A stretch of DNA of 64,000 nt from Opitutales bacterium. GTDB taxonomy: Bacteria; Verrucomicrobiota; Verrucomicrobiia; Opitutales; JABSRG01. Location of the stretch: contig JBMYOQ010000015.1 of assembly GCA_049599475.1 (NCBI GenBank), positions 13,649 through 77,648 of the forward strand, read 5' to 3'. Positions 1 through 9,587 of the stretch are shown one piece after another. The translations under genes were made by a program, and so were the position numbers. Below the pieces are notes generated by a model, which saw only the letters and a list, made by a program, of their open reading frames with translations, was not told where the DNA came from and ran no database searches. Within the stretch, counting starts at the first letter, position 1. Each line of letters starts with the position of its first letter.

Positions 1-1263
1 GAGATCGAATTGTTCCGCGCGCAGTCCTAGAATTAGGCGTGACTTCGGTGATAGATAGTGGGCGACTTGGCCAAAAATTGCCAGGGTTTGCGATTCATAC
101 ACCGTGTCGAAATCGCCTGCAGGTGTGAAGAAGTCGCGGTAGAAGCCCGTGGAATCTTCATCTAGATTTTGGAAGTAGGCTCCGATGGTCCAGCGGTCGA
201 TCCATCCGAGGGCTTCTGTTTCTTCGGTAGAGTCTAGGCGAAGCTCTTGATTGAAAACCGAACGCTCGCGGTCTAGTTGACTGAAGCCTCCATAGGATGC
301 TGCGGTCCAGTCGGCGTCGTAGCTATTTATTGAATCGGTGCTAGTCCCACTGGTGATTGTCGTTAAGGCCATGGAATCGAAGCCCGTGTAAATCCCCTTT
401 AGGGAAGCTCCAACGGTTTGTTGAAAATCTTGGCCAGGCTCATCGCTGAAGGTTGTGAAGCCGTTGTTATCCAGGACGAAGGTGTCATACCCGTTGTCAG
501 CTTCACCGAAGAATCCGGTGATATCCCATTGCATGGAGTCTGATGCTTTCCAGCGGAGTTTCGTACGAACGAATTGCTCGTCTCGGCCGTTGGTGTCGTC
601 GCGATCGAGAGTCGCATTGTCGCGGAAGCCGTTGCTCTCCGAGATCTGCGCGGATACGCGCACGGTGAGGGTCTCTGGGTCCTCAGACGAAATCGGACCG
701 CCGATGGCTGTGGCGATCGTGTAAAGATCATCTTCGCCGATAGTTGCGGATAGATTTCCAGTCCAGGTGCTTGTGGGGTCTTCGCTCACAACGCGGATGA
801 GGCCACCTGCGGCGTTGGCTCCGAATGCGCCTGCCTGTGGGCCGCGCAGTACTTCTACTTGCTTTACATCGAGAAGCGATGCGACTGTGCCGAGCCCCGT
901 CACATCGATATCATCCATCAGGAAACGGACGCTGGAGTCGGGTGTCTCGCCTTCAAATTGGGAGTTTTCGCCGATACCGCGTATTTGGATATAGCGCGGG
1001 CGCGAGGTCCCGGCTGTCCATGTCACATTCGGTAGGCTTTCGATAAGATCATCGAAATGATCGGCTTCGCTTACGAAAAGCTGCTCCGAGTCGACCAGGG
1101 TGACACTGGCGGAGTTTTCCGAAATGGGGGTCTTCCAAAGGTCAGCAGTGACCTCGAATTTTTCCAATTCGTAGATGGTTCCAGCGGGTTCGACCGCGAA
1201 GCCGAATGTGCACGCTAGAAGGGCGGACCCGCTCAAGATGGCGGCTTGTTTCTGTATTTTCAT
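1..1263 (-). CDS. TonB-dependent receptor, probably thiamine/precursor uptake (partial, runs off the left edge)
   Basis: Not in the ORF track. Read manually from ATG at 1263: MKIQKQAAILSGSALLACTFGFA signal peptide, then FEVTA (TonB box-like), IQIRGIG and VEVLRGPQAGAFGANAAGGLIRVVS plug motifs. TPP riboswitch upstream. Confidence 0.9.
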   Translation of the reverse strand, partial: MKIQKQAAILSGSALLACTFGFAVEPAGTIYELEKFEVTADLWKTPISENSASVTLVDSEQLFVSEADHFDDLIESLPNVTWTAGTSRPRYIQIRGIGENSQFEGETPDSSVRFLMDDIDVTGLGTVASLLDVKQVEVLRGPQAGAFGANAAGGLIRVVSEDPTSTWTGNLSATIGEDDLYTIATAIGGPISSEDPETLTVRVSAQISESNGFRDNATLDRDDTNGRDEQFVRTKLRWKASDSMQWDITGFFGEADNGYDTFVLDNNGFTTFSDEPGQDFQQTVGASLKGIYTGFDSMALTTITSGTSTDSINSYDADWTAASYGGFSQLDRERSVFNQELRLDSTEETEALGWIDRWTIGAYFQNLDEDSTGFYRDFFTPAGDFDTVYESQTLAIFGQVAHYLSPKSRLILGLRAEQFDL

Positions 1264-1340
1264 TAGGATCTCAATGGTGCAATTGCACTTGGGTTTGAGA
1301 TCCGGGATGCGGCGTCTGAATTAAGGAATATCTGTCTCCT

Positions 1341-1440
1341 TTCCCTCCGCCGGTATCAACCGGATCAGGTTCTAAGGGACCGCTACTGCTACGCCGAAGC
1401 GCAGGGGAAGCATCTCAGACCCATGCCAGGTCGCCCCTAA
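1341..1440 (-). ncRNA. TPP riboswitch (THI-box)
   Basis: Minus strand reads AGGGG...CTGAGA...CCCTTAGAACCTGATCCGGTTGATACCGGCGGAGGGAA, the canonical THI element, directly upstream of the TBDR. Confidence 0.95.
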
Positions 1441-1543
1441 GGAAGGCGCTTAAAAGGAGAAATTTTGATGGGACTGTCAATTTTGAAATTCTAGGGTGCA
1501 CAGGGTGATGGAGTCGCACTCAAAAGCGCGCCGAGTATTTTTA

Positions 1544-2452
1544 CTAAATCAGGATCTCAGCACTCAATCGGATGGTTTGTGCATGAATCGCGGATGTCAG
1601 CCCTGGTTGTCGATTGTAGCCTCCGCCGTAGAGAACGACTGCGCGGGCTTGATACGAGTGGACCAGCTTTAGAACGTGTCGATCGCGTTTTGCAATATCA
1701 TCAAAGGAGAGCTGAAGCTGCCCGAAGCGGTCGTCTTTGTGGACATCGGCTCCGGAGATCCAGAATACAAAATCGGGCTCTGATTGGGCGAAGGCGCTTT
1801 CAAGAGTCGAATCCAAGGCGTCGAAATAAGTGTCCGCATTGGCGTATCGAGGTAGAGGCACATCGCAATCTCCGGGCTCTTTTTTTGCCGGAAAGTTCTT
1901 CCCGACATGAATTGAATAGGTGAAAACGGACGGGTCGTTTTGGAAGATTGAATGAGTGCCGTTTCCCTGATGAGCATCGGTGTCGACAACGAGAAACTGC
2001 ATTTCTGGGTTATCCTGTTGCAGGATTTTTATAGCTATGGCCACGTCGTTAAACACGCAGAAGCCATGGCCTCTTTCAGGAAATGCGTGGTGCGTGCCGC
2101 CCGCTAAGTTGCAAGCGTATTGGTGAGAGAGGGCGTGACGAGCCGCTGCGAGAGTTCCAGAGGCGCCAAAGCCGGATCGGCGGTAGAGGTTAGGGTGTTG
2201 TGGCAGCCCAATGCGGTTTACCTCATACTGGCTCAGGGTCCCGTGTTTAATCGCGTCCAGATAGGCGGGGGTGTGTATCGTTTCAAGCTCTTCCCTGGTA
2301 ATGACTGGAGTCTCCTGGAAATTTAATTGGTGAACCTGTGGCTCTTTGCCTTTCAGCAATGCCACCGCCTCTGGAAACTTATGCATTGGGAAGGGATGTC
2401 CTTTGGGCAGTGGTAAATAGAGGCCTGGATGATAAAAGCAGGTCAGCGGCAT
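1544..2452 (-). CDS. Histone deacetylase family (Zn-dependent deacylase) protein
   Basis: HPFPMHKF, GGTHHA, GFCVFND, DTDAHQGNGT, GAD..DDRFG and GGGY motifs. Confidence 0.92.
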   Translation of the reverse strand: MPLTCFYHPGLYLPLPKGHPFPMHKFPEAVALLKGKEPQVHQLNFQETPVITREELETIHTPAYLDAIKHGTLSQYEVNRIGLPQHPNLYRRSGFGASGTLAAARHALSHQYACNLAGGTHHAFPERGHGFCVFNDVAIAIKILQQDNPEMQFLVVDTDAHQGNGTHSIFQNDPSVFTYSIHVGKNFPAKKEPGDCDVPLPRYANADTYFDALDSTLESAFAQSEPDFVFWISGADVHKDDRFGQLQLSFDDIAKRDRHVLKLVHSYQARAVVLYGGGYNRQPGLTSAIHAQTIRLSAEILI

Positions 2453-2527
2453 GAAAGTGTTCTAATATTCCGTGAATTTGAGTGGCGCTGTTTGCATTCT
2501 ACGGCAAGGCATCTTGAATTGTCGCCT

Positions 2528-3691
2528 ATGCAATACTTTCGGAGATTTATCTGTGTGCTCTGCGTATTCAGCGGGCTTTCCGCCTTGGCTCAAGGGTTCG
2601 AGGACGGGGCTGTGATCAAATCTCAAGATGCGAATTTCAAGTTGGAGTATGTGATTTCCGCGGGGTCTCCGCTCAAGCAGCCTTGGTCAATGGCGTTTCT
2701 GCCGGACGGCAGTTTCCTTGTGGCTGATAAAGTAGGGGATTTGTATCTATATGAGTCAGGTGCGTTAAATGAAGAACCGATCAAAGGTTTGCCCAAAATA
2801 TTAGTTACAGGTCAAGGAGGGCTCCTGGATCTGGAGCTACACCCGCAGTTTGAGCAAAATGGATGGATTTATATCTCATTCTCCAAGGAAGGCAGGCTGA
2901 GTAAGCGAGGAGGGATGACTGCCTTGGTGCGGGCGAAGCTCGACCGAGACCAGATGCGTCTGACTGAGCTCGAGACTATTTATGAGATCAAGGATCCAGA
3001 CCATTTTTCGCGCGGTGGGCGCCATTGGGGCACGCGCACTGTTTTCGACGAAGAGGGCTATCTATACATCGCGATCGGGGATCGTGGCCAACAGGATAAG
3101 GCTCAGGATCTAGGGTTGCCGCACGGGAGTATTTTTCGCCTGAACGACGATGGCAGCATTCCACAGGATAACCCCTTCGTTGGGCAGTCGGGTGTCTATG
3201 AAGGCATTTGGAGTTATGGTCATCGCAATCCTCAGGGTATGGCGTTTCATCCAGAAACTGGTGAGTTGTTTAGCATCGAGCACGGCCCAAAAGGTGGAGA
3301 TGAGCTAAATTGGGTGCGCAAAGGTCGGAATTATGGATGGCCCGAAATCACCTATGGCGTGAACTACAGTGGTACGAAGATCACCGATAGAACGGAAGCG
3401 CCTGGAATGGAGCAGCCTGTTAAATACTGGGTGCCGTCTCCTGCGCCGTGCGGGATGGCTATATATTCTGGCGATACCATTCCCGCTTGGAAGAACAACT
3501 TTTTTATAGCAAACCTGCGCCACGAGAAATTGATCCGACTTGCGATCGATGAGGACCTTAAGGTCGTCCAAGAAGAGGATTTGCTCGAAGGAATTGGACG
3601 CCTGCGCGATGTTGAGACGGGACCCGAGGGCAATCTCTGGGTGCTGGCCGAGCGACCCGGGCGTATCATCAAAATTGTGCCCGCCGAGTAG
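2528..3691 (+). CDS. PQQ-dependent sugar dehydrogenase (glucose/sorbosone dehydrogenase family)
   Basis: Signal peptide from ATG 2528. PWSMAFLPDG, GQGGLLD, YGHRNPQG, EHGPKGGDELN and GRLRDV motifs. Confidence 0.9.
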   Translation: MQYFRRFICVLCVFSGLSALAQGFEDGAVIKSQDANFKLEYVISAGSPLKQPWSMAFLPDGSFLVADKVGDLYLYESGALNEEPIKGLPKILVTGQGGLLDLELHPQFEQNGWIYISFSKEGRLSKRGGMTALVRAKLDRDQMRLTELETIYEIKDPDHFSRGGRHWGTRTVFDEEGYLYIAIGDRGQQDKAQDLGLPHGSIFRLNDDGSIPQDNPFVGQSGVYEGIWSYGHRNPQGMAFHPETGELFSIEHGPKGGDELNWVRKGRNYGWPEITYGVNYSGTKITDRTEAPGMEQPVKYWVPSPAPCGMAIYSGDTIPAWKNNFFIANLRHEKLIRLAIDEDLKVVQEEDLLEGIGRLRDVETGPEGNLWVLAERPGRIIKIVPAE

Positions 3692-3700
3692 TGCTGGTTG

Positions 3701-5677
3701 TTAGGCTCGGTAAGCCTCTAGGGAAACCCCATTCAGGGGGAATAGTGGGCGCTTGAGGCGCTGTGTGCTCACCTTCTCGAAATACATTGAGATGATAAAA
3801 TCTTCGCTGATGAACTTGATGAACTCCTGCCGATCCATTGCGTAGCAGCTGCTATCTTCTGTAGCGACAACGTCTGCCATCGCGGCGGAGTTTTGAAGGA
3901 GGCTGATCTCGCCGACGAATTCGCCGGGTTCGATTTTGCCTACTTGTTTTTTGTTCACGCGGACATCGAAGTGGCCCTCATAAACGATGAAGAAGAAGCG
4001 GTTGTCGTGACCACGTTTCAACATGCAAGTATTGCGCGGATGTTCGACGATATCCATATTGTCTGCGAAATCTCTAAGCGCTTCCTGCGGCCAGTCTTCG
4101 GTAAATGGAAGACGCCGTAAAAAGGCCTGCTTTTGGAGAAGGGCTTCGAATTGCTTTCTCCCCACTTGGGATACGAGCGTATTATAAAATACATCGCGCT
4201 CGATCTGGATGAGAGTGGTCTTGGACTCCGCTCTCACGGTGCGTGTGCGCTCGGTATTTTCCAGGAGTGCGATCTCTCCGAAAGCTTCGCCGCTTCCTAG
4301 CTCTGCGGAAATCGATTCACGGCCGGAGATGTCTGTGCGGATGATTTCAGTTTCTCCTTTTAGGATGATATAGAAATCATTACCTCGCTCACCCTCTTCA
4401 ATGATAGCTGAGCCCGAGGGGTAGGTCACAATTTGGGAGGATTTTGCGAGTTCTAGCAAAGTCCTATCATCGAGGCTCAGTTGATCGATGATATAGCATT
4501 TTTTGAGAAAAGCTGCGATCGCGACGTGGTCTTTGGGATTCACGTGGCTGCCGTCGATCTTGATGCGGCGTCTGCGTTTAGAAGGTCTATTATAGAGGGC
4601 TCTCAGGTTTCGCAGGAGTAGCGAAAGTCCGGAAAAGCCGGATAGGAACATCGAGACAAAAACAGTGGCGAGCACTAGGATCGATACGATCCGATATTCG
4701 TTGTAAGCCCGGCTAAAAAGCTCTGTCGCGTTCAGGTCGAAAACGCGCAAATTTACGCAGTATACGATCAAGAGCCAGATTGCCGTGGCTATAGCATTGT
4801 TTATTATGAATCGACCGCGTCCGGGGCGTGGTTTAAGCCTGAAAATATTCCAAAAGACACGGTTCGGATTGAAAAGGAAATCACGATTGGTCGAAAGGGG
4901 TTGGCTATCAAAACGAGCCCGCAGGTAGTAGAGCATGGGCGAACCTGCGACCGGGAGGGTAAGAAGAACGGCTCCGGTGAAGGCAATGTAGCCCAGGGAT
5001 GGAAAGAAACTCGTTACAATTCCTAAGAAACATAGCTGCGGGGCGATCTCCAGTAGCGCAATTCGCTGCCGCACGGTGCTGTTCATCAGGCCAGCGTCCG
5101 AAAGATCAAAGGCGATGCGGGGTACCAAAGACGCCCAAATGAAATGAGGGCCATATATTTCGCCATGAGCCCAGCGCAAATGTGATGCCGCAAGCACTTG
5201 CCCCAGAATGGCGCAAAAAATCGTCAGGGCGATCCCTGTCCCAAGCTCCCAGGTGTGATCGGGAACTTCCAGTCCGAAGTAGAGTGGACAGATGATCGCG
5301 GAAAGAATGCCTGCCCAAGCGATACACGTTGTCAGTTGGGGTCCCACTTTCAGTGGCCACGAAAGTGCGTTTACTTCGCGAGCTTCTTGTTCGGTTCCGG
5401 TGTGGAGAATGCCTGCGTCTACAGCCTTTAGAATCAGCTCGTAGTAATTTTTGAGGGACGGGCATTTGCGTTCGCGGATGAGGTCTGCGAGCACCTCGGA
5501 GACTTTTTTAGGCTCCTTGAAACGCTTTAGGATTTGGTGCTGGTCTGGTGTCAGCCCCAAATAGCGCTGAGATGGGATCTGTTTCACAACTCTGCGATCG
5601 TGCTCAGTGACACCGGTTAAAGTGTCTGAGCTGTAGCTCAGAGTTGACCGCCTCAATATGGTATCGTGATCCAGCAT
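3701..5677 (-). CDS. Membrane protein with two C-terminal cyclic-nucleotide-binding domains; N-terminal PqqD/RRE-like and degenerate M50-like regions
   Basis: FYIILKG..FGEIALL..RTRTVRA and FFIVYEG..VGEISLL cNMP motifs; several hydrophobic helices at residues ~115-355. Confidence 0.8.
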   Translation of the reverse strand: MLDHDTILRRSTLSYSSDTLTGVTEHDRRVVKQIPSQRYLGLTPDQHQILKRFKEPKKVSEVLADLIRERKCPSLKNYYELILKAVDAGILHTGTEQEAREVNALSWPLKVGPQLTTCIAWAGILSAIICPLYFGLEVPDHTWELGTGIALTIFCAILGQVLAASHLRWAHGEIYGPHFIWASLVPRIAFDLSDAGLMNSTVRQRIALLEIAPQLCFLGIVTSFFPSLGYIAFTGAVLLTLPVAGSPMLYYLRARFDSQPLSTNRDFLFNPNRVFWNIFRLKPRPGRGRFIINNAIATAIWLLIVYCVNLRVFDLNATELFSRAYNEYRIVSILVLATVFVSMFLSGFSGLSLLLRNLRALYNRPSKRRRRIKIDGSHVNPKDHVAIAAFLKKCYIIDQLSLDDRTLLELAKSSQIVTYPSGSAIIEEGERGNDFYIILKGETEIIRTDISGRESISAELGSGEAFGEIALLENTERTRTVRAESKTTLIQIERDVFYNTLVSQVGRKQFEALLQKQAFLRRLPFTEDWPQEALRDFADNMDIVEHPRNTCMLKRGHDNRFFFIVYEGHFDVRVNKKQVGKIEPGEFVGEISLLQNSAAMADVVATEDSSCYAMDRQEFIKFISEDFIISMYFEKVSTQRLKRPLFPLNGVSLEAYRA

Positions 5678-5918
5678 TTTTCGAGTAGAACCCTATAAAT
5701 GTCGCCGGATCGGCGCGCATCTTTTGCACACAGTTATTGAAATTTGAAGGAATCTCTCATCTTTTACGGCATCGGGAGTGCAAGCAGCCTTGGCCTGCCG
5801 AAGCTAATCTGCGAGTGATGGTATTCCGCTAAATTGCGCGGCCGTTTTAGCTTCGTTCGCTTAAAGTGTTGACAGCTTACGCCGAAACGTCGATTTTCTG
5901 GAGTTTTTCTCAAAAGCC

Positions 5919-6071
5919 ATGGGACCTACATACAGACCTTCAAAGCTGCGCCGCGCGCGTAAGTTCGGATTTCGTAAACGCAACTCTACATCTGCCGGTA
6001 AGAAAGTTCTTAAGAACCGCCGCCAGAAGGGTCGTTGGAAGCTCAGCGCCTCCGTTAAGGGACGCCACTAG
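5919..6071 (+). CDS. rpmH: 50S ribosomal protein L34
   Basis: Manual translation [50 protein letters not shown]; directly upstream of rnpA. Confidence 0.95.
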   Translation: MGPTYRPSKLRRARKFGFRKRNSTSAGKKVLKNRRQKGRWKLSASVKGRH

Positions 6072-6102
6072 AACCGCCTGCTGATCCGCGGGACGATGTT
6101 TT

Positions 6103-6510
6103 ATGAAATTTCGCGCCCGACAACGCATTCGCAGCGCTAAGGATTTTTCTAGGATTCGAACCGAAGGTACGCGTAACACCTCCGGTTCTTTTTTTGTACA
6201 AGGCACGCTGCTGTCAGACGATCCTGCCCAGAGTGCTGCTGAGCGATCCCGCCTAGGAGTGATTGCCTCAAAGCGGGTGGGGAATGCCATTGTCCGTGCT
6301 CGTGCAAAGCGCTTGATGCGCGAGATATATCGCAAGCATGCGGTGAAGTTTACGCGCCCTGTTGATTTAGTGATGGTGGCCAGACCGCATCTTTTAAAGA
6401 AGCCGTTTTCAGCTTCTGAGCGTGAGTTTTGTAATGCCTGTCGGCAGTTGGGGATACTGTCGGTGGAGTCGGTTGACTCTGATCTTACGGTTGAACAGGC
6501 AGAGAGATGA
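6103..6510 (+). CDS. rnpA: Ribonuclease P protein component
   Basis: [28 protein letters not shown] (RNR-type motif); conserved synteny. Confidence 0.93.
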   Translation: MKFRARQRIRSAKDFSRIRTEGTRNTSGSFFVQGTLLSDDPAQSAAERSRLGVIASKRVGNAIVRARAKRLMREIYRKHAVKFTRPVDLVMVARPHLLKKPFSASEREFCNACRQLGILSVESVDSDLTVEQAER

Positions 6511-6800
6511 GCGCGTTCTTTCGAGGGGTCTGCCTTGTTTTGGTAGGAATTTACCGAAAGGTTATTTCGCCCGTATTGCATGCGATTGCGGGGCCTTCTT
6601 TCGGCTGTCGTTACCTGCCGACCTGTTCCCAATATGCTGAACAGGCGCTCAAAACGCACCCGCCTCTGCGTGCTCTAGGATTAATATTGAAGCGGGTCGG
6701 GAGTTGTCACCCTTGGGGCGGCTCCGGCTACGACCCAGTTCCGGAGGCGAAAGAATCCGAAGCAAAAAAGAAGGATCGACCTGCCGCCTCAGATGTATAA
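6507..6800 (+). CDS. yidD: Membrane protein insertion efficiency factor
   Basis: [27 protein letters not shown]. Confidence 0.95.
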   Translation: MSAFFRGVCLVLVGIYRKVISPVLHAIAGPSFGCRYLPTCSQYAEQALKTHPPLRALGLILKRVGSCHPWGGSGYDPVPEAKESEAKKKDRPAASDV

Positions 6801-6828
6801 ACCTTTACGCTTTTTTTAATCACATTTC

Positions 6829-8715
6829 ATGGACAAGAAAAACACATCCATCGGATTGGTACTGCTCATCATCGGCTTTGGCTTGATGTATGTCACTGCT
6901 CCCGAAGCGCCGCCACCTGCGCCTGCGCCGGAGACACAGCCCTCTTCCGAAGACACTCCTTTAGATAGTCCAGCGACTTCGCCTGTTGCGGATCCAGCCC
7001 AGATGGCTACCGACTCTGGAATCGCGGATCCGGCGGCGATGCTTGCCCAGGCCGAGGCTGAAATCGAAGAAAAGGCAGCTGATTTTTCTGATGATCAACC
7101 GGTCGTCTTGGAAAATGATTATATCCGGATAGCGCTTACACGCCGCGGAGCCTCGGTTCTAGAGGTCGGTTTCAAGAAGACCGATCCAAACAGCGAAATC
7201 GATCCCTACGTCTTCAATGCCGGAGCGCAGCAGCCAGCGCTCGGTCTTTACTTTGATAATTCTCAGAAGCCCCAGCCGTTTTTCTCAGAATTTCAGTTGG
7301 TTTCTGAAACCGTTGATCGCGTGGTCTTTCAATGGGATGCTCCTCAAGGAAATTACGCTATTCAGCGTGTGTTCGCACTCGATGGCGGTGAAGAGCGCCC
7401 CTACCACATCTCGCACAAGACAGTTATCATCAACAAATCGGATGCATCGCTCCGGTTGCCAGACATGTTCTTTGGTCTGGGCACGGCCTTTCCCTTGGAT
7501 ACCGATCCTACGGGCCAATATCTCAATTTCGTAGCTTACTCGGGCGGTTCGCTTGAAAAGTTTGAGATGACGGACTTCACCGGAAGTCGCGGCTTTCTTG
7601 GATTCGGCGTAAAAACTCCCGTTAAATACAAGCGGGAGTCGCATTCGAATGTCACCTGGGCGGCGGCGAAGAATCAGTATTTCGTAAGCCTTCTTCTACC
7701 CGATGAGCCCTTGAACACATCGGTGTATGCTGAAGGTGCACCGTTTATTTCGCCTTATATCGAAGGTGCGGAATCTGCCGGTGTCTTCGGCGCGGTAAGC
7801 TATCCTTCACCATCTGTCCAGGCGGGGCAACAGGCCGAGCTCGGCATGACATTCTACATCGGGCCTAAGGAAATCGCGCGCCTGCGTGATATCGGCGGTA
7901 ACACGGTGGAACTCATGGAGTTTGGAGCATTCTTTGGTTGGATCTCTGAGGGTCTCCTCGTCGTGATGTCTTGGTTCCATGGCTATGTGGGCAATTGGGG
8001 TATCTCGATTATTCTGCTCACGATCTCAATCAAACTGATGTTCTGGTGGTTGACCTCCAAGGGCATGGTTTCCCAAAAAATCTCGGCTAAGAAGATGCAG
8101 GGACTCGCGGAACCGATGAAGGAGCTCCGCGAGAAGCATCAGAATAATCCGCAAAAGCTCCAAAAGGAGATGATGGAGCTCTACCGCGCGCACAATGTGA
8201 ACCCACTCGCTGCGGTTGCGGGCTGTTTGCCTATTTTGATCCAGATGCCGATTTTCTTTGGTCTCTTTGGTATGTTGCGCACCGCTTCGGAGTTGCGATT
8301 GGAGAGCTTCCTCTGGATCCAGGATTTGGCCTTGCCGGACAGGCTGTATGTCTTCCCGGAGACTTTGCCGATGATCGGAGGCTTTGCCTTCAATATCCTT
8401 CCGATTCTTTACGGAGCGACTTCGTACTTCCAGATGAAGATGACTCCGCAACCTGCGGCCATGGATGAGCAGCAGCAGATGATGCAGAAGATGTTCAAGA
8501 TCATGCCTTGGATGTTCGCGATCATTCTCTACAATTTCGCCTCGGCGCTTTCACTCTACTGGATTGCCAACAACTTGCTCACTATGACGCAGATGTATCT
8601 GGTGAATAAGAAAATCCAGCCCCAACTCGATGAGATCGAGCGGGAGCAGGCTGAGCGAAAAGTAGCTCAAGCCAAGCCGGTAAAAGCCGCTGGAAAAAAG
8701 AGCAAAAAGCGTTAA
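6829..8715 (+). CDS. yidC: Membrane protein insertase YidC
   Basis: N-terminal TM, periplasmic domain, GNWGISIILLT, GCLPILIQMPIFF, LYWIANN. Confidence 0.96.
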   Translation: MDKKNTSIGLVLLIIGFGLMYVTAPEAPPPAPAPETQPSSEDTPLDSPATSPVADPAQMATDSGIADPAAMLAQAEAEIEEKAADFSDDQPVVLENDYIRIALTRRGASVLEVGFKKTDPNSEIDPYVFNAGAQQPALGLYFDNSQKPQPFFSEFQLVSETVDRVVFQWDAPQGNYAIQRVFALDGGEERPYHISHKTVIINKSDASLRLPDMFFGLGTAFPLDTDPTGQYLNFVAYSGGSLEKFEMTDFTGSRGFLGFGVKTPVKYKRESHSNVTWAAAKNQYFVSLLLPDEPLNTSVYAEGAPFISPYIEGAESAGVFGAVSYPSPSVQAGQQAELGMTFYIGPKEIARLRDIGGNTVELMEFGAFFGWISEGLLVVMSWFHGYVGNWGISIILLTISIKLMFWWLTSKGMVSQKISAKKMQGLAEPMKELREKHQNNPQKLQKEMMELYRAHNVNPLAAVAGCLPILIQMPIFFGLFGMLRTASELRLESFLWIQDLALPDRLYVFPETLPMIGGFAFNILPILYGATSYFQMKMTPQPAAMDEQQQMMQKMFKIMPWMFAIILYNFASALSLYWIANNLLTMTQMYLVNKKIQPQLDEIEREQAERKVAQAKPVKAAGKKSKKR

Positions 8716-8761
8716 GTCCTAAGGACTAAACCCAATTTAATTACCCAAAACATTATTCCCC

Positions 8762-9514
8762 ATGGCAGGACATAGTAAATGGGCGACCACCAAGCGCCAC
8801 AAAGCAGTTGTAGACGCCAAGCGCGGCAAAATTTTTAGTGTCATCAGTAAAGAGCTCACGCTCGCAGCTCGCGATGGTGGCGGAGATCCGGAAATGAATG
8901 CTCGCTTGCGCACGATTTTGCTCAAGGCGAAGGCGGCGAACATGCCAGCAGACAATATTGAGCGCGCTATTAAGAAGGGCACAGGCGAGCTTGAAGGTGC
9001 GACCATTGAAGAACTGGTATATGAAGGGTATATCGAGGGCGTAGGGCTTATCGTGGAAGTGACCACGGACAATAAGAACCGCAGCGCTGGCGAGATTCGC
9101 AGTTCCTTTTCCAAGAACAATGGCAGCATGGCTGTTCCAGGTGCACTTGCTTTCAACTTCCAGCGCAAGGGTCAGTTTTTGATCTCCTCGGACGGCGTTG
9201 AGAGCGAAGATGATTTGATGATGCTCGCACTCGATGCGGGCGCTGAGGATGTGCAGAATCGTGGAGATCATTTCGAGGTGACCTGTGAAATCCCCGATTT
9301 TGATGCATTGGCGCAAGCACTGGAAGATGCGGAAATCAAGCCTGAGAGCTCGGAAATGGTCTACATTCCGAATTCAACCATGGAGATCACTACCGTTGAG
9401 TCTGCCAAAAAGGTCCTTCGCCTGATTGGGGTTCTCGAAGATCTCGATGACGTAAAAGCGGTCCACTCCAATTTGGACATGGATGAGGCGATCCTCGAAG
9501 AAGCGACTGCCTAG
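8762..9514 (+). CDS. yebC: YebC/PmpR family protein
   Basis: MAGHSKWATTKRHK, NMPADNIERAIKK, TDNKNR. Confidence 0.95.
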   Translation: MAGHSKWATTKRHKAVVDAKRGKIFSVISKELTLAARDGGGDPEMNARLRTILLKAKAANMPADNIERAIKKGTGELEGATIEELVYEGYIEGVGLIVEVTTDNKNRSAGEIRSSFSKNNGSMAVPGALAFNFQRKGQFLISSDGVESEDDLMMLALDAGAEDVQNRGDHFEVTCEIPDFDALAQALEDAEIKPESSEMVYIPNSTMEITTVESAKKVLRLIGVLEDLDDVKAVHSNLDMDEAILEEATA

Positions 9515-9587
9515 TCGGCGTGATCGCTTAAATTTTCTGTAGGGTCTTTGCTTGCGAAGACTTTTGCGGGTCTCAGTGTGGAGGCTT

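Noticed and set aside
2429..2527. Head-to-head overlap of HDAC and sugar dehydrogenase
   Set aside because: Disappears when the signal-peptide start at 2528 is used.
5678..5918. oriC next to rpmH-rnpA-yidC
   Set aside because: No dnaA adjacent and no good TTATCCACA boxes in the gap.
5940..6659. 239 aa minus-strand ORF
   Set aside because: Antisense shadow of rpmH/rnpA/yidD with no recognisable motifs.
9515..9587. SAM riboswitch before metX
   Set aside because: Gap is short and has no recognisable SAM aptamer motifs.
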